The notes beneath the pieces are model-generated. The model saw only the letters and a list, made by a program, of their open reading frames with translations, ran no database searches and was not told the DNA's origin. Below, piece after piece: positions 1 through 9,621 of a DNA stretch of 64,000 bases (positions within the stretch are counted from its first letter, which is position 1; each line of letters begins with the position of its first letter). Both the position numbers and the translations under genes were made by a program. Source of the DNA: Clostridia bacterium (GTDB lineage Bacteria; Bacillota; Clostridia; Christensenellales; QALW01); contig CAAGID010000011.1 of assembly GCA_900769815.1 (NCBI GenBank), positions 14,772 through 78,771 on the forward strand. Direction: 5' to 3'.

Positions 1-876
1 GACAAGTTCTGCCATATCAGGGTTTTTCTTTTGTGGCATTATTGAAGAACCTGTTGTAAAGCTATCTGAAAGCTCTACAAACTTAAATTCCCAACTTGAC
101 CACAAGATAATTTCTTCAGAAAACCTTGATAAGTGCATCATTGTTATTGCTATTGCAGAGAGCATCTCTAAGCAGAAATCTCTATCAGAAACGCCGTCAA
201 TAGAATTAAGACAGATACCGTCAAAGCCTAATTTTTCTGCTTCAAATTCACGGTCAGTATCGTAGGTAGTACCTGCCAACGCACAGGAGCCGATGGGAGA
301 AACGTTCATTCTTCGTCGCACATCCAAGAACCTGTCAACATCTCTTAAAAACATCATTGCATATGCCATTAAGTGATGCCCAAAAGTTATGGGTTGTGCT
401 CGCTGAAGATGCGTATACCCCGGCATAATAGTTTTTTTATATTCATCTGCCTTATCGCTAACCGCTGAAATAAGACTTCTGATATAACCTATTATCGTAT
501 CAGTTTCGTCCCTTAAATACATTCTTATATCAAGGGCGACCTGATCGTTTCGGCTTCGTGCGGTATGGAGTTTTTTACCAACGTCGCCAAGACGCTTTGT
601 TAATTCCTGCTCGACAAACATATGTATGTCTTCACATTCCATATCAAACAAAAGTTTGCCGTTTTCAAGATCAGAAAGTATTTCGCCAAGCCCTGAAATT
701 AAAGCACTTGCTTCTTCGGTAGTTATTATACCCTTCTCGCCAAGCATTGCAGCGTGTGCCATACTACCTTCTATATCTTGCTTATACATTCTCGAATCAA
801 AATGTATTGAGGAATTAAAATCGTCGGCAATTTTTTCTGTCTGACCGGAAGTTCTTCCTGTCCACATTTTTGCCAT
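1..876 (-). CDS. argH: argininosuccinate lyase, N-terminal ~290 codons (3' end runs off the window)
   Basis: My own minus-strand translation from the ATG at 876 reads [51 protein letters not shown]...[16 protein letters not shown]. It is absent from the ORF track because there is no stop inside the window. It lies directly downstream of argG. Confidence 0.9.
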   Translation of the reverse strand, partial: MAKMWTGRTSGQTEKIADDFNSSIHFDSRMYKQDIEGSMAHAAMLGEKGIITTEEASALISGLGEILSDLENGKLLFDMECEDIHMFVEQELTKRLGDVGKKLHTARSRNDQVALDIRMYLRDETDTIIGYIRSLISAVSDKADEYKKTIMPGYTHLQRAQPITFGHHLMAYAMMFLRDVDRFLDVRRRMNVSPIGSCALAGTTYDTDREFEAEKLGFDGICLNSIDGVSDRDFCLEMLSAIAITMMHLSRFSEEIILWSSWEFKFVELSDSFTTGSSIMPQKKNPDMAELV

Positions 877-888
877 AATAATTATCCC

Positions 889-2106
889 CTATTTCTTACC
901 ATTAACGATAGCCTGAACCTTAATGGGAAGACCGTAAAGGTTAATGAAGCCTTGTGAATCCTTCTGATCATAATCACTCTCGCCAAAGGTTGCGATTTCT
1001 TCAGAATAAAGTGAGTAAGGACTCCATACGCCTGCGTTTATCATATTACCCTTATAAAGTTTAAGACGAACTTTACCGGTAACTCTTTCCTGAGTTTTAT
1101 CAACAAAAGCACTTAATGCTTCCCTTAAAGGGGTAAACCACTGACCGTTGTAAACAAGCTCAGCAAAAGTAATTGAAAGTTTCTGCTTTTCGTGCATTGT
1201 CATTTTATCGAGGCAAATAGTTTCAAGAACGTTATGTGCTTTGTAAAGAATTGTTCCGCCGGGAGTTTCATAAACACCGCGACACTTCATACCAACAAGA
1301 CGGTTTTCAACAATATCAATAATACCGATGCCGTTTGCACCGCCGATTTCATTAAGCCTTAAGATGATTTCCTTTGCGGTCATCTTTTTGCCGTCAAGTG
1401 CAACGGGAACGCCTTTTTCAAAATCAAGTTCAATATAAGTAGGCTTATCAGGTGCCATTATAGGAGAAACGCCCATTTCAAGGAATCCGGGCTTTTCATA
1501 CTGAGGTTCATTGCCTGTATCCTCAAGGTCCATACCTTCGTGAGAAAGATGCCAAAGGTTTTTATCCTTTGAATAGTTGGTTTCTCTGTTTATCTTCAAA
1601 GGAATATTATGTGCTTCAGCATATTCGATTTCTTCTTCTCTTGATTTAATATCCCACTCTCTCCAAGGAGCAATGATGGGCATATTAGGTGCAAAGTGTT
1701 TGATTGCAAGTTCAAAACGAACCTGGTCATTGCCTTTACCTGTGCATCCGTGAACGATAGCGTCAGCATTTTCCTTTAATGCGATTTCAACAAGACCTTT
1801 TGCAATGCAGGGACGTGCGTGGCTTGTGCCCAGAAGATAATCTTCATAGACCGCACCTGCCTTCATTGTGGGAATAATATATTCATCAACATATTCCTCA
1901 GTCTGGTCTAAAACGTAAAGCTTTGATGCACCTGTTTTAATAGCCTTCTCTTCAAGACCTTCAAGCTCATCGGCCTGACCTACGTTACCCGAAACAGCAA
2001 TAACTTCACAGTTATTATAGTTCTCCTTAAGCCAAGGGATGATGATAGACGTATCAAGACCTCCGGAATAAGCAAGAACAACTTTTTTAATATTCTCTTT
2101 GTTCAT
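889..2106 (-). CDS. argG: argininosuccinate synthase
   Basis: 405-aa ORF. The N-terminus [12 protein letters not shown] is the PP-loop ATP-binding motif, and the full length resembles ArgG. Confidence 0.95.
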   Translation of the reverse strand: MNKENIKKVVLAYSGGLDTSIIIPWLKENYNNCEVIAVSGNVGQADELEGLEEKAIKTGASKLYVLDQTEEYVDEYIIPTMKAGAVYEDYLLGTSHARPCIAKGLVEIALKENADAIVHGCTGKGNDQVRFELAIKHFAPNMPIIAPWREWDIKSREEEIEYAEAHNIPLKINRETNYSKDKNLWHLSHEGMDLEDTGNEPQYEKPGFLEMGVSPIMAPDKPTYIELDFEKGVPVALDGKKMTAKEIILRLNEIGGANGIGIIDIVENRLVGMKCRGVYETPGGTILYKAHNVLETICLDKMTMHEKQKLSITFAELVYNGQWFTPLREALSAFVDKTQERVTGKVRLKLYKGNMINAGVWSPYSLYSEEIATFGESDYDQKDSQGFINLYGLPIKVQAIVNGKK

Positions 2107-2138
2107 ACTAAAACCTCCGAAACAAATTTTATGTGCTT

Positions 2139-2166
2139 ATTATATCAGCATTTATTTTTTTGTCAA
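2139..2166 (-). promoter_or_regulatory. candidate sigma-A promoter of argG-argH
   Basis: On the minus strand, TTGACA (2161-2166) is followed by a 16-nt spacer and TATAAT (2139-2144), ~30 nt upstream of the argG ATG. Confidence 0.5.
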
Positions 2167-2171
2167 CTATT

Positions 2172-2241
2172 TTTGCATAAAAATTCTTAAAAAATTATTG
2201 TTTATGCATAATATTCAGTTTTTTATGCAATTTTATGCATT
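2172..2241. promoter_or_regulatory. three tandem ARG-box-like operators (putative ArgR/AhrC sites)
   Basis: TTTGCATAAAAATTCTTA (2172-2189), TTATGCATAATATTCAGT (2202-2219) and TATGCAATTTTATGCATT (2224-2241). Each fits the TGNAT-wwww-ATNCA palindrome logic of ARG boxes, directly upstream of an arginine biosynthesis operon. Confidence 0.5.
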
Positions 2242-2273
2242 ATTTGTGTATATTTCATCAAAAATGTATAATT

Positions 2274-2306
2274 AAAGAAAAAGGAACAGGCAAAAACGCC
2301 TGCTCC
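2274..2306 (-). terminator. rho-independent terminator after the prsA-like gene
   Basis: Minus strand reads GGAGCAGGCGTTTTTGCCTGTTCC followed by TTTTTCTTT. Confidence 0.7.
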
Positions 2307-2313
2307 CTAAATA

Positions 2314-3705
2314 TTATAAGCGGTCTTTATATTCCTTTACGTCTGCTTCAGAAATCCACGCTTCAAGCATTTTTGCCCATTCTTCCTGTTTCTTGTTTTC
2401 GGTTAAATCTTCTTTAATTTCGTCTTTAACCTTTTCGTATTCTACTTTGCCTTCAGGAAGCTTTTCAATACAACGGATAATGTGATAACCATAATAAGTT
2501 GCTACGGGCTCAGAAATCTGACCTGATTCAAGTGCTCTACCAGCTTCTGAGAATTCGGTAACCATACCGTCTTCAGGACCAACAAGATAACCTCTCTTTG
2601 CATCTTCTTCGGTTGTCATACCTGTATCCTCAGTTTTTTCAATCATAACTTTAATGAAGTTAGCTTCATCACCGTCTTTAACTGAATTATAAACTTCGTC
2701 AGTTTCAGCCTGAATCTTTGCACAAGCAGCTTTTAAAGCAATATCATACTGTCCCTGATAAGAATCTCTTACTTTCTGTGCATCATCAAGTTTCTTCTGA
2801 TAGTCAGCTTTTTTTGTGGCATCTGTTTCAGCTTCAACTAACTTTTTATAACTTTCAATTTCTTCATCAACATCACTTATCTGACCGGTAATAGTTTTAA
2901 GCTTTGTAAGATCTTCTTCTTCAAAGTTTATAAGAATGTGCTGAACAAGTGAATAGCCTTTACGGTTAAATACAATTGTTGAATAAGTTGCTGTTGAACC
3001 TGAATCCAAAGTTATACTCTGACCGTTTCTTGCATCTACATAAAGCTTGTCAGTAGTAAATGCCTGTTCCTGTTCAGTTAAAAGGCTTGAATACTTATCT
3101 GAAACGTTGCCTTCAGTAACCGTTACATCTTTAAGTTTATCGTTCTCAAATCTCTCAAGAGCATCCATAAGAAGCTTTTCTTCAAGCATCATTTCAACAG
3201 AAGAACCGTTTTCCTCAAGATATTCAACATACTTTTCTGCTGCAATACGCTTGAAATAGTCAGTATTGCTTTCTCCATCGTTCTTACCCTTGATTTCCTG
3301 GTCGCCAAGAGCATACTCATACTCCTTTACGAGAGCATCAATATAACTCTGCTTATCCTCATCAACAAATTTCTGAGCAGCCTCACGGTGCTCATCATTA
3401 TAATTAAGATAACCTTCTGCCTCAGCCTTCTGCTTTAAAACCTCATCACTGATAAGCTGTTTAAGGATACTGTCTGCCATATAAGTATTAACGTAATCAA
3501 CTGCCGTTGCCTGATCATATCCGTAATAACTTATAAACATATTAACGTAATAATTAAAAAGACTATCATACTCGCCTTTAAGAATAGATTTACCGTTTAC
3601 CTTTGCAATAATTGCGTTACTGTCGTCATCCTCTACTAAAGCACATCCTGAAAACGCACCCGCCAAGAGAGCCAAACTCAAGAGTACTACAAGAAATTTC
3701 TTCAT
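2314..3705 (-). CDS. PrsA/SurA-like peptidyl-prolyl isomerase lipoprotein (foldase)
   Basis: Signal peptide with lipobox LAGAFSG-C. Long helical SurA_N-like region. C-terminal parvulin-type PPIase segment (GYLVGPEDGMVTEFSEA...GYHIIRCIEK). Confidence 0.8.
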   Translation of the reverse strand: MKKFLVVLLSLALLAGAFSGCALVEDDDSNAIIAKVNGKSILKGEYDSLFNYYVNMFISYYGYDQATAVDYVNTYMADSILKQLISDEVLKQKAEAEGYLNYNDEHREAAQKFVDEDKQSYIDALVKEYEYALGDQEIKGKNDGESNTDYFKRIAAEKYVEYLEENGSSVEMMLEEKLLMDALERFENDKLKDVTVTEGNVSDKYSSLLTEQEQAFTTDKLYVDARNGQSITLDSGSTATYSTIVFNRKGYSLVQHILINFEEEDLTKLKTITGQISDVDEEIESYKKLVEAETDATKKADYQKKLDDAQKVRDSYQGQYDIALKAACAKIQAETDEVYNSVKDGDEANFIKVMIEKTEDTGMTTEEDAKRGYLVGPEDGMVTEFSEAGRALESGQISEPVATYYGYHIIRCIEKLPEGKVEYEKVKDEIKEDLTENKKQEEWAKMLEAWISEADVKEYKDRL

Positions 3706-3795
3706 AAATAAAAACCTCCATTATACAATCGTGTGTATTATACCAAAATTATCCGTTATTATCAAGTAGTTTTTTGGTCTTTTATAAAACTTTCA

Positions 3796-6700
3796 CTATA
3801 TTTTTATTAAACACAGTTTTTCTTGATATTCTAAAAATTCTTTTAAAATACTTACTTTTTCGGCATCAGAGCCATTCTTATTTTTTAATATAACGGAAAA
3901 TCCCCTGTTTGCAGAAATATAACATTGTTGCGAGAATTCACTTACCGTCATTGATACTGCTTCAATATTGGGTTGCGGATAAATAAGTACTATACTACCC
4001 GCTTCTTCTCTTACAATACTTACACCCATTCTGCCAGCAAGAGCACGTATATACGCAACGTTCAAAAGATTTTCAACGCTTTCAGGCAACTGACCAAATC
4101 GGTCAAAAAGTTCATCATGAATGTCAAGCATACTTTCTTTATCATAAATATCTGAAATTTTCCTATAACAAGCAAATTTAACTGCTTCGTTTGGTATATA
4201 CGTATCACTTATGTATGCGTCAAGTTTAATTTCAACCGACGCTTTAGGTTCTTCCTTCTTCTCCTTACCTAAGTTTGTATCTACCGTTTCTTTTATCATT
4301 TTACAATACAAATCGTAACCGATTCTTGACATATGACCGTGTTGCTCCCCGCCTAAAAGATTACCTGCACCTCTTATTTCAAGGTCACGCATAGCGATTT
4401 TAAAGCCTGAGCCCATTTGAGTAAATTCCTCAATTGCACTGAGCCTTTTTACGGCATCCTCTCCTATTGCACGCATAGGCGGTACTGTGAAATACGCATA
4501 CGCCATTCTATTTGACCTTCCCACACGGCCGCGAAGCTGATAAAGCTGTGCAAGACCAAATCTTTGTGCATCCTGAACTATTATTGTATTAGCACCTGGA
4601 ATATCTATACCGTTTTCTATAATAGTAGTGCATAAAAGCACGTCATATTCTCCCGCGTAGAAATCCATTATTATTTTTTCAAGGTGTTTTTCCTCCATCT
4701 GTCCGTGCCCGATTGCTATTCTTGCTTCAGGAACAAGTGCCCGCAATTTATCTGCAAAGCTCTCAATACCGTCAATGCGATTAAATAAGTAATATACCTG
4801 ACCGCCACGCTGAATTTCTCTATAGATTGCATCACGTATGATGGATTCGGAATATTCTACGACATAGGTTTGCACAGGATAACGCTCTAATGGCGGTGTT
4901 TCCAATAAACTCATATCACGAATACCCGAAAGTGCCATATTAAGAGTTCTGGGTATAGGTGTTGCAGAAAGGGTCAATACGTCAATATTATTTTTTAGCT
5001 GCTTTATTTTTTCTTTATGGGCAACGCCAAAGCGTTGTTCTTCATCAACAACAAGCAGTCCTAAATCATTGAACTCTACTTCTTTACCTAAAATCTTATG
5101 AGTTCCAACTATAATATCAACTTTACCAACTTTTAAATCTTCTATAATTTTCTTTTGTTCTTTAGGCGTTTTAAAACGGCTGAGACACTCTACCCTTACT
5201 GCCTGAAAATTAACAAGACGTGTTTTCAGCGTATTGTAATGCTGTTGTGCAAGTATGGTTGTAGGTGCAAGAATCGCTGCCTGTTTACCCGACATTACAG
5301 CCTTGAACACAGCACGTATAGCAACCTCTGTTTTGCCGTAGCCTACATCCCCGCAAAGAAGTCTGTCCATTGCTTTATCAGATTCCATATCAGCCTTGAT
5401 TTCAGCAATAGAACGAAGCTGGTCAGGTGTTTCTTCATACTGAAAGTCCTCTTCAAACTCTCTTTGCCAAGGAGTATCGGGCTCAAAGGCTATTCCCTTA
5501 TTGTTTTCGCGGCTTCTGTAAAGCTCAAGAAGCTTTTCTGTCATATCCTCAATGGATTTTTTAACGCGGGCTTTTGTCTTATTCCATTCCTGCGTGCCTA
5601 ATTTACTGAGCCTTGGTGAAGTATCGTCAGGTGCAATATACTTTTGAACTCTGTTCATCTGTTCAACAGGAACGTAAAGTTTGTCTTCGTCTCTGTATTT
5701 TAAAAACAGATAATCTTTTTTTACTCCGTCTGTTTCTATTTTTATAATACCCTGATAAATACCAATACCGTTTATTTCGTGAACAACTGCATCGCCTATT
5801 TTAAGCTCAACAAAAGTATCCATTGAGTTCTTGGTGCTTTTTTGAGTTGTTTTTTTGTTTTGCTTAATAGATGTAAATATATCGTTTTCTGCAATAAAAA
5901 CAAGTTTGGAATCAGGATATTCAAAGCCTTTATTTATTGAGCCTGTAACTACTGCTATCTGCCCATTTTCTAAAGTAACATCAGGACGTTTTATAGGAAA
6001 TACACTTATGCCTGCTTCAGAAAACTCCTTTTCAATTCTCTCCATTCTCGCTTGTGTACCTGCACAAAGAATAGTGAGATATCCTGCATTTTTATACAAT
6101 TTAACTTCTTGTAATAAAAACTCCGGTTTACCGTGAAATGATTGCATCACTCTGCCGTTAAAGTTAAATACTGCTTTTACGTCTATATCGGGAACACTTC
6201 CCGAAATTGTCTGCATACAAACAATCTGATGCTGCGATGCCCTTTTAAAGAATCTTGAAAATCCCGTAAAAACATTAGCGTGTCTTTGAAGTGCCTTCCC
6301 CTCTGCCATTAAATCAGAAATATTTTTAGCAAATTCCTGTTCAATATTTTCGCTTCGCTCTTTAAGAATTTTTACCTCGTCAAAAATAACAAGTGTGTCT
6401 TGAGGCATATAATCAAGAACACTTGTATACTGGGTATAAATATAAGGCATAAGCTGATCGGTGTTTAGCGAGAAAACACCGTTTTTCATTTTTTCAGCAA
6501 CAGGAATAAAGGTATCCGTCGCAACGTTTACCGCTTCTCTATTTTTACAGGTTCGATTAAATTTTACAGTTTCTTCCGCTAAAAGTTCTGCGGCTTTAAA
6601 TAAAGTTTCTTCGTTGGCACAAGTTTCAGATAACGGTAAAATATCTATTTTACTAATTTTTTCAACAGAACGCTGCGAAACAGGCTCAACTGTACGTATG

Positions 6701-7296
6701 GTTTCAATCTCATCATCAAAAAAATCTATACGTACGGAATGTTCGGAATTTTTGGGGAAAATATCAACAATTCCGCCGTGAATAAAAAATTCTCCGCTTG
6801 CATTAATCTGTGAAACTGAAACGTATCCGCAATTTATAAGTTTTTTTCGTAATTCATCAATATTATAACACTTACCTACTTCAAGAGTTATCTTTAAACT
6901 CATTAAAGCTTCTTTAGGAATTGTATTAAAAACGACTGCCTCAAGAGGTACTATAAGCATCTTTGTGCCATTAATACATTGGTCAAGTGCTTTTATTCTG
7001 TTATACTGAACGTCCCCACTTTGAAACTGTGCACAGAAGACACGCTCTTCTCCGGGAAAAATAGTTGCTGTTTTCCCAGTATAAAATTCAAAATCTCTTT
7101 TTATTTTTTCTGCACTTGAAAGGCCTTGCGTAACAAAAAGAACAGGTCTGTCTCCAGCCAATGCCATCGACAGATGATTCTTTTGCCCGTCTGAAACGCC
7201 AAAAACCGAGATTGGTGTTACCCCCTCCCGGATGTTTTTCTCAAGCCTGCAATAATCAGCACTTTTTTCAAATGCGCATTTATACAGTCTGAACAT
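3796..7296 (-). CDS. mfd: transcription-repair coupling factor
   Basis: 1166 aa. CarD-like region ([18 protein letters not shown]), superfamily-2 helicase motifs ([27 protein letters not shown]) and a TRCF C-terminal domain. Confidence 0.95.
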   Translation of the reverse strand: MFRLYKCAFEKSADYCRLEKNIREGVTPISVFGVSDGQKNHLSMALAGDRPVLFVTQGLSSAEKIKRDFEFYTGKTATIFPGEERVFCAQFQSGDVQYNRIKALDQCINGTKMLIVPLEAVVFNTIPKEALMSLKITLEVGKCYNIDELRKKLINCGYVSVSQINASGEFFIHGGIVDIFPKNSEHSVRIDFFDDEIETIRTVEPVSQRSVEKISKIDILPLSETCANEETLFKAAELLAEETVKFNRTCKNREAVNVATDTFIPVAEKMKNGVFSLNTDQLMPYIYTQYTSVLDYMPQDTLVIFDEVKILKERSENIEQEFAKNISDLMAEGKALQRHANVFTGFSRFFKRASQHQIVCMQTISGSVPDIDVKAVFNFNGRVMQSFHGKPEFLLQEVKLYKNAGYLTILCAGTQARMERIEKEFSEAGISVFPIKRPDVTLENGQIAVVTGSINKGFEYPDSKLVFIAENDIFTSIKQNKKTTQKSTKNSMDTFVELKIGDAVVHEINGIGIYQGIIKIETDGVKKDYLFLKYRDEDKLYVPVEQMNRVQKYIAPDDTSPRLSKLGTQEWNKTKARVKKSIEDMTEKLLELYRSRENNKGIAFEPDTPWQREFEEDFQYEETPDQLRSIAEIKADMESDKAMDRLLCGDVGYGKTEVAIRAVFKAVMSGKQAAILAPTTILAQQHYNTLKTRLVNFQAVRVECLSRFKTPKEQKKIIEDLKVGKVDIIVGTHKILGKEVEFNDLGLLVVDEEQRFGVAHKEKIKQLKNNIDVLTLSATPIPRTLNMALSGIRDMSLLETPPLERYPVQTYVVEYSESIIRDAIYREIQRGGQVYYLFNRIDGIESFADKLRALVPEARIAIGHGQMEEKHLEKIIMDFYAGEYDVLLCTTIIENGIDIPGANTIIVQDAQRFGLAQLYQLRGRVGRSNRMAYAYFTVPPMRAIGEDAVKRLSAIEEFTQMGSGFKIAMRDLEIRGAGNLLGGEQHGHMSRIGYDLYCKMIKETVDTNLGKEKKEEPKASVEIKLDAYISDTYIPNEAVKFACYRKISDIYDKESMLDIHDELFDRFGQLPESVENLLNVAYIRALAGRMGVSIVREEAGSIVLIYPQPNIEAVSMTVSEFSQQCYISANRGFSVILKNKNGSDAEKVSILKEFLEYQEKLCLIKI

Positions 7297-7308
7297 TATT
7301 TACCTCTT

Positions 7309-7926
7309 TTAGTTATATTTTTGCATAGCTTTATCTATGCCGTTTTTAACAAACTCAACTGCAGCCTTTGCCGCAATAACTAAAGCATCTTCCATTGTTT
7401 TTTGGGACTCTTTAGAAAATTTACCTAAAACGTAATCAGCAAGATCCATATCCTTATGGGGAGGTTGACCGATTCCCACACGAATCCTTGGAAAATTTTC
7501 GCCAAGATGCGGTACAATAGATCTCATACCGTTATGTGTGCCAGGACCGCCTTTTGCACGGATACGTACCTTGCCTTCAGGCAAATCAATATCATCATAT
7601 ATGACTATGATATTTTCAGGTTTGATTTTATAAAACTGCATTATTTGCATTAAGCATCTACCACTATCATTCATATACGTTTGCGGTTTTACGATTATGA
7701 CTTTTTTGCCATCAATTTTCGTATTATAAATCAAACCGTCAAACTTTTCTTTGGGCAAAGATGTTTTTAATTCAGCATTAAGAATATCAGTTGCCATAAA
7801 ACCAACATTGTGTCTTGTCAAAGCATATTGCGAGCCGGGATTACCCAGGCCCGCAATTACAATTATTTCATCATTTCCAGTTTTTATAGTTAAGCACCCA
7901 GCCTTTCTTATTTGTCTGCCTTTCAC
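7309..7926 (-). CDS. pth: peptidyl-tRNA hydrolase (start codon uncertain)
   Basis: IIVIAGLGNPGSQYALTRHNVGF is the Pth signature. The tracked start at 7926 is a GTG without a clear SD and overlaps the glmU 3' end. The true start may lie further inside. Confidence 0.85.
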   Translation of the reverse strand: MKGRQIRKAGCLTIKTGNDEIIVIAGLGNPGSQYALTRHNVGFMATDILNAELKTSLPKEKFDGLIYNTKIDGKKVIIVKPQTYMNDSGRCLMQIMQFYKIKPENIIVIYDDIDLPEGKVRIRAKGGPGTHNGMRSIVPHLGENFPRIRVGIGQPPHKDMDLADYVLGKFSKESQKTMEDALVIAAKAAVEFVKNGIDKAMQKYN

Positions 7927-9241
7927 GTGCTATGCATAAATCATTATCTTCAACGTCATTTGTTACGGTGCTTCCTGCAGCGATAAAAGCATTGTTACCG
8001 ATTTTAACAGGTGCAATAAGGTTAGCATTGCAACCAATGAAAACGTGGTCGCCTACTATAGTTTTATGCTTATTTTTACCGTCATAGTTAACAAATACAG
8101 TACCGCAGCCCATATTGCAATTTTTGCCTACTTCAGCATCGCCTACATATGTAAGATGGCTTACCTTAGTGCCATCGCCGATAACAGATTTCTTGATTTC
8201 AACAAAATCACCGATTCTTGCATTTTTGCCAATAACCGTTTCAGGACGGATATAAGCATTGGGACCAACCTTAGTATTTTCATCTATCTTTGATGAGAGA
8301 ATTACAGATGACTCGATTGTGCATCCGTCGGCAATTTTTGCATTATCAATGCGGTTATTGGAATAAAGAACACAATTTGAGCCAATTACAGTATCGCCTG
8401 AAATTACGTTGCCGGGATAAACAACTGAATCGTTACCTATTACAACGCCTGCTTCAATGTAAGTGCTTTCGGGGTCAATAAGAGTAACGCCTTCACGCAT
8501 AATCTTTTCATTGATTCTCTTACGCATCATTTTTTCTGCTTCAGAAAGCTGAACACGGTCATTTATACCCATAGCCTCTGTAACGTCATCAGCTATGCAT
8601 GCACCGACTTTTTTACCTTCAGCCCTGAGAATTCCTAAGGTATCGGTAAGATAAAGCTCTCCCTGAGCGTTGTTTGATTCAACTTTAGTTAATGCGTCCA
8701 GAAGGTCAGTAATTTTAAAACAATAAATCGAAGTATTTATTTCGCAAATCTTTTTCTGCTCTTCAGTTGCATCGCGGTGCTCAACAATACCCTTAACTGA
8801 ACCATCAGTATCCCTAATGATTCTGCCGTAACCGTCGGCATTATCAACAATAGCCGTTAAAACACAGGCTGACATATCTTCTTTTATTGCTGTTTCAAGA
8901 AGTTTCTGGAAGGTTGCACCGGTAATCATAGGCATATCGCCTGCAGTTATTGTAACGTAACCATTTTTACCTTCAAGATAGGTTTGACCGCACATAACCG
9001 CGTGAGCCGTTCCTCTGCGTTCAGTCTGCTCAGCATAGCGTGCATCATCTTTAAATAAATCATGTAATAATTCTCCGCGTCTGCCTGTTATAACTATGGG
9101 CTCGTCATCGGAAACTGTTTTTACTGCATTGAACACGTGTTTTACAAGCTGATATCCACATACCTTGTGCATAACTTTAGGTAAATCGGATTTCATTCTC
9201 TTGCCGTCACCTGCAGCAAGAATAAGTGATGTTTTGTACAT
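7871..9241 (-). CDS. glmU: bifunctional UDP-GlcNAc pyrophosphorylase / GlcN-1-P acetyltransferase
   Basis: LILAAGDGKRMKS nucleotidyltransferase motif plus C-terminal left-handed beta-helix hexapeptide repeats. Start set at the ATG at 9241, which is preceded by GGAGG. Confidence 0.93.
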   Translation of the reverse strand: MYKTSLILAAGDGKRMKSDLPKVMHKVCGYQLVKHVFNAVKTVSDDEPIVITGRRGELLHDLFKDDARYAEQTERRGTAHAVMCGQTYLEGKNGYVTITAGDMPMITGATFQKLLETAIKEDMSACVLTAIVDNADGYGRIIRDTDGSVKGIVEHRDATEEQKKICEINTSIYCFKITDLLDALTKVESNNAQGELYLTDTLGILRAEGKKVGACIADDVTEAMGINDRVQLSEAEKMMRKRINEKIMREGVTLIDPESTYIEAGVVIGNDSVVYPGNVISGDTVIGSNCVLYSNNRIDNAKIADGCTIESSVILSSKIDENTKVGPNAYIRPETVIGKNARIGDFVEIKKSVIGDGTKVSHLTYVGDAEVGKNCNMGCGTVFVNYDGKNKHKTIVGDHVFIGCNANLIAPVKIGNNAFIAAGSTVTNDVEDNDLCIARERQTNKKGWVLNYKNWK

Positions 9242-9260
9242 ATTATACCTCCGTTTTAAC

Positions 9261-9292
9261 AATAACAGAGGCCTTCATTTTTAGAAGGCCCC
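9261..9292 (-). terminator. hairpin after spoVG
   Basis: Minus strand reads GGGGCCTTC-TAAAAAT-GAAGGCCTC followed by TGTTATTGTT, a weak T tract. Confidence 0.45.
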
Positions 9293-9312
9293 ATAATAAA
9301 TAGGTCTTTGCA

Positions 9313-9564
9313 TTATTCTTCAAAATATTTTTCAAGTACAGCCTTTGAGATTCTTTCACGCAGTTCGGTTTTTATAGGATGTGCAACATCTTTATACTGA
9401 CCTGCAGAATTCTTTACGCTTGGCATTGCAACAAATAAACTTGACGTACCTTCAATAACCTTTATGTCATGAACAACAAATTCATCCTCAAAGGTTACAG
9501 ATGCCACAGCCTTAAGTTTACTTGAACTTTCAACCCTGCGTATTCTCACATCTGTAATTTGCAT
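9313..9564 (-). CDS. spoVG: septation/sporulation regulator SpoVG
   Basis: [39 protein letters not shown] is typical of SpoVG. The second ATG was chosen for better spacing from AGGAGG. Confidence 0.93.
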   Translation of the reverse strand: MQITDVRIRRVESSSKLKAVASVTFEDEFVVHDIKVIEGTSSLFVAMPSVKNSAGQYKDVAHPIKTELRERISKAVLEKYFEE

Positions 9565-9621
9565 AAACATTTCCTCCTATGCAACGATATTATATTATAT
9601 TTAAGCGTTTTTGGCAAACAC

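Noticed and set aside
5155-5601. Sizeable ORFs in the track lie antisense to, or out of frame within, well-supported genes. Examples are 626..844, 5155..5601, 5855..6136 and 6461..6781 in argH/mfd; 14612..15028; 16323..16715; 17964..18240; 26661..27119; 48531..48935; 51524..51868; 58887..59342; 61678..62202; and 62254..62619.
   Set aside because: Each overlaps a strongly recognisable gene in another frame or on the other strand. Their composition is low-complexity or biased (Ser/Phe/Ile/Lys-rich), which is typical of shadow ORFs in A/T-rich DNA. They have no SD sequences and no recognisable motifs.
7871-7926. A 56-nt overlap between the glmU 3' end and the tracked pth start, and the absence of prs between glmU and pth.
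   Set aside because: The overlap most likely comes from the tracked GTG start being too far upstream, since there is no SD and the conserved Pth sequence begins later. Loss of the glmU-prs linkage is a synteny variation, not evidence of anything functional.
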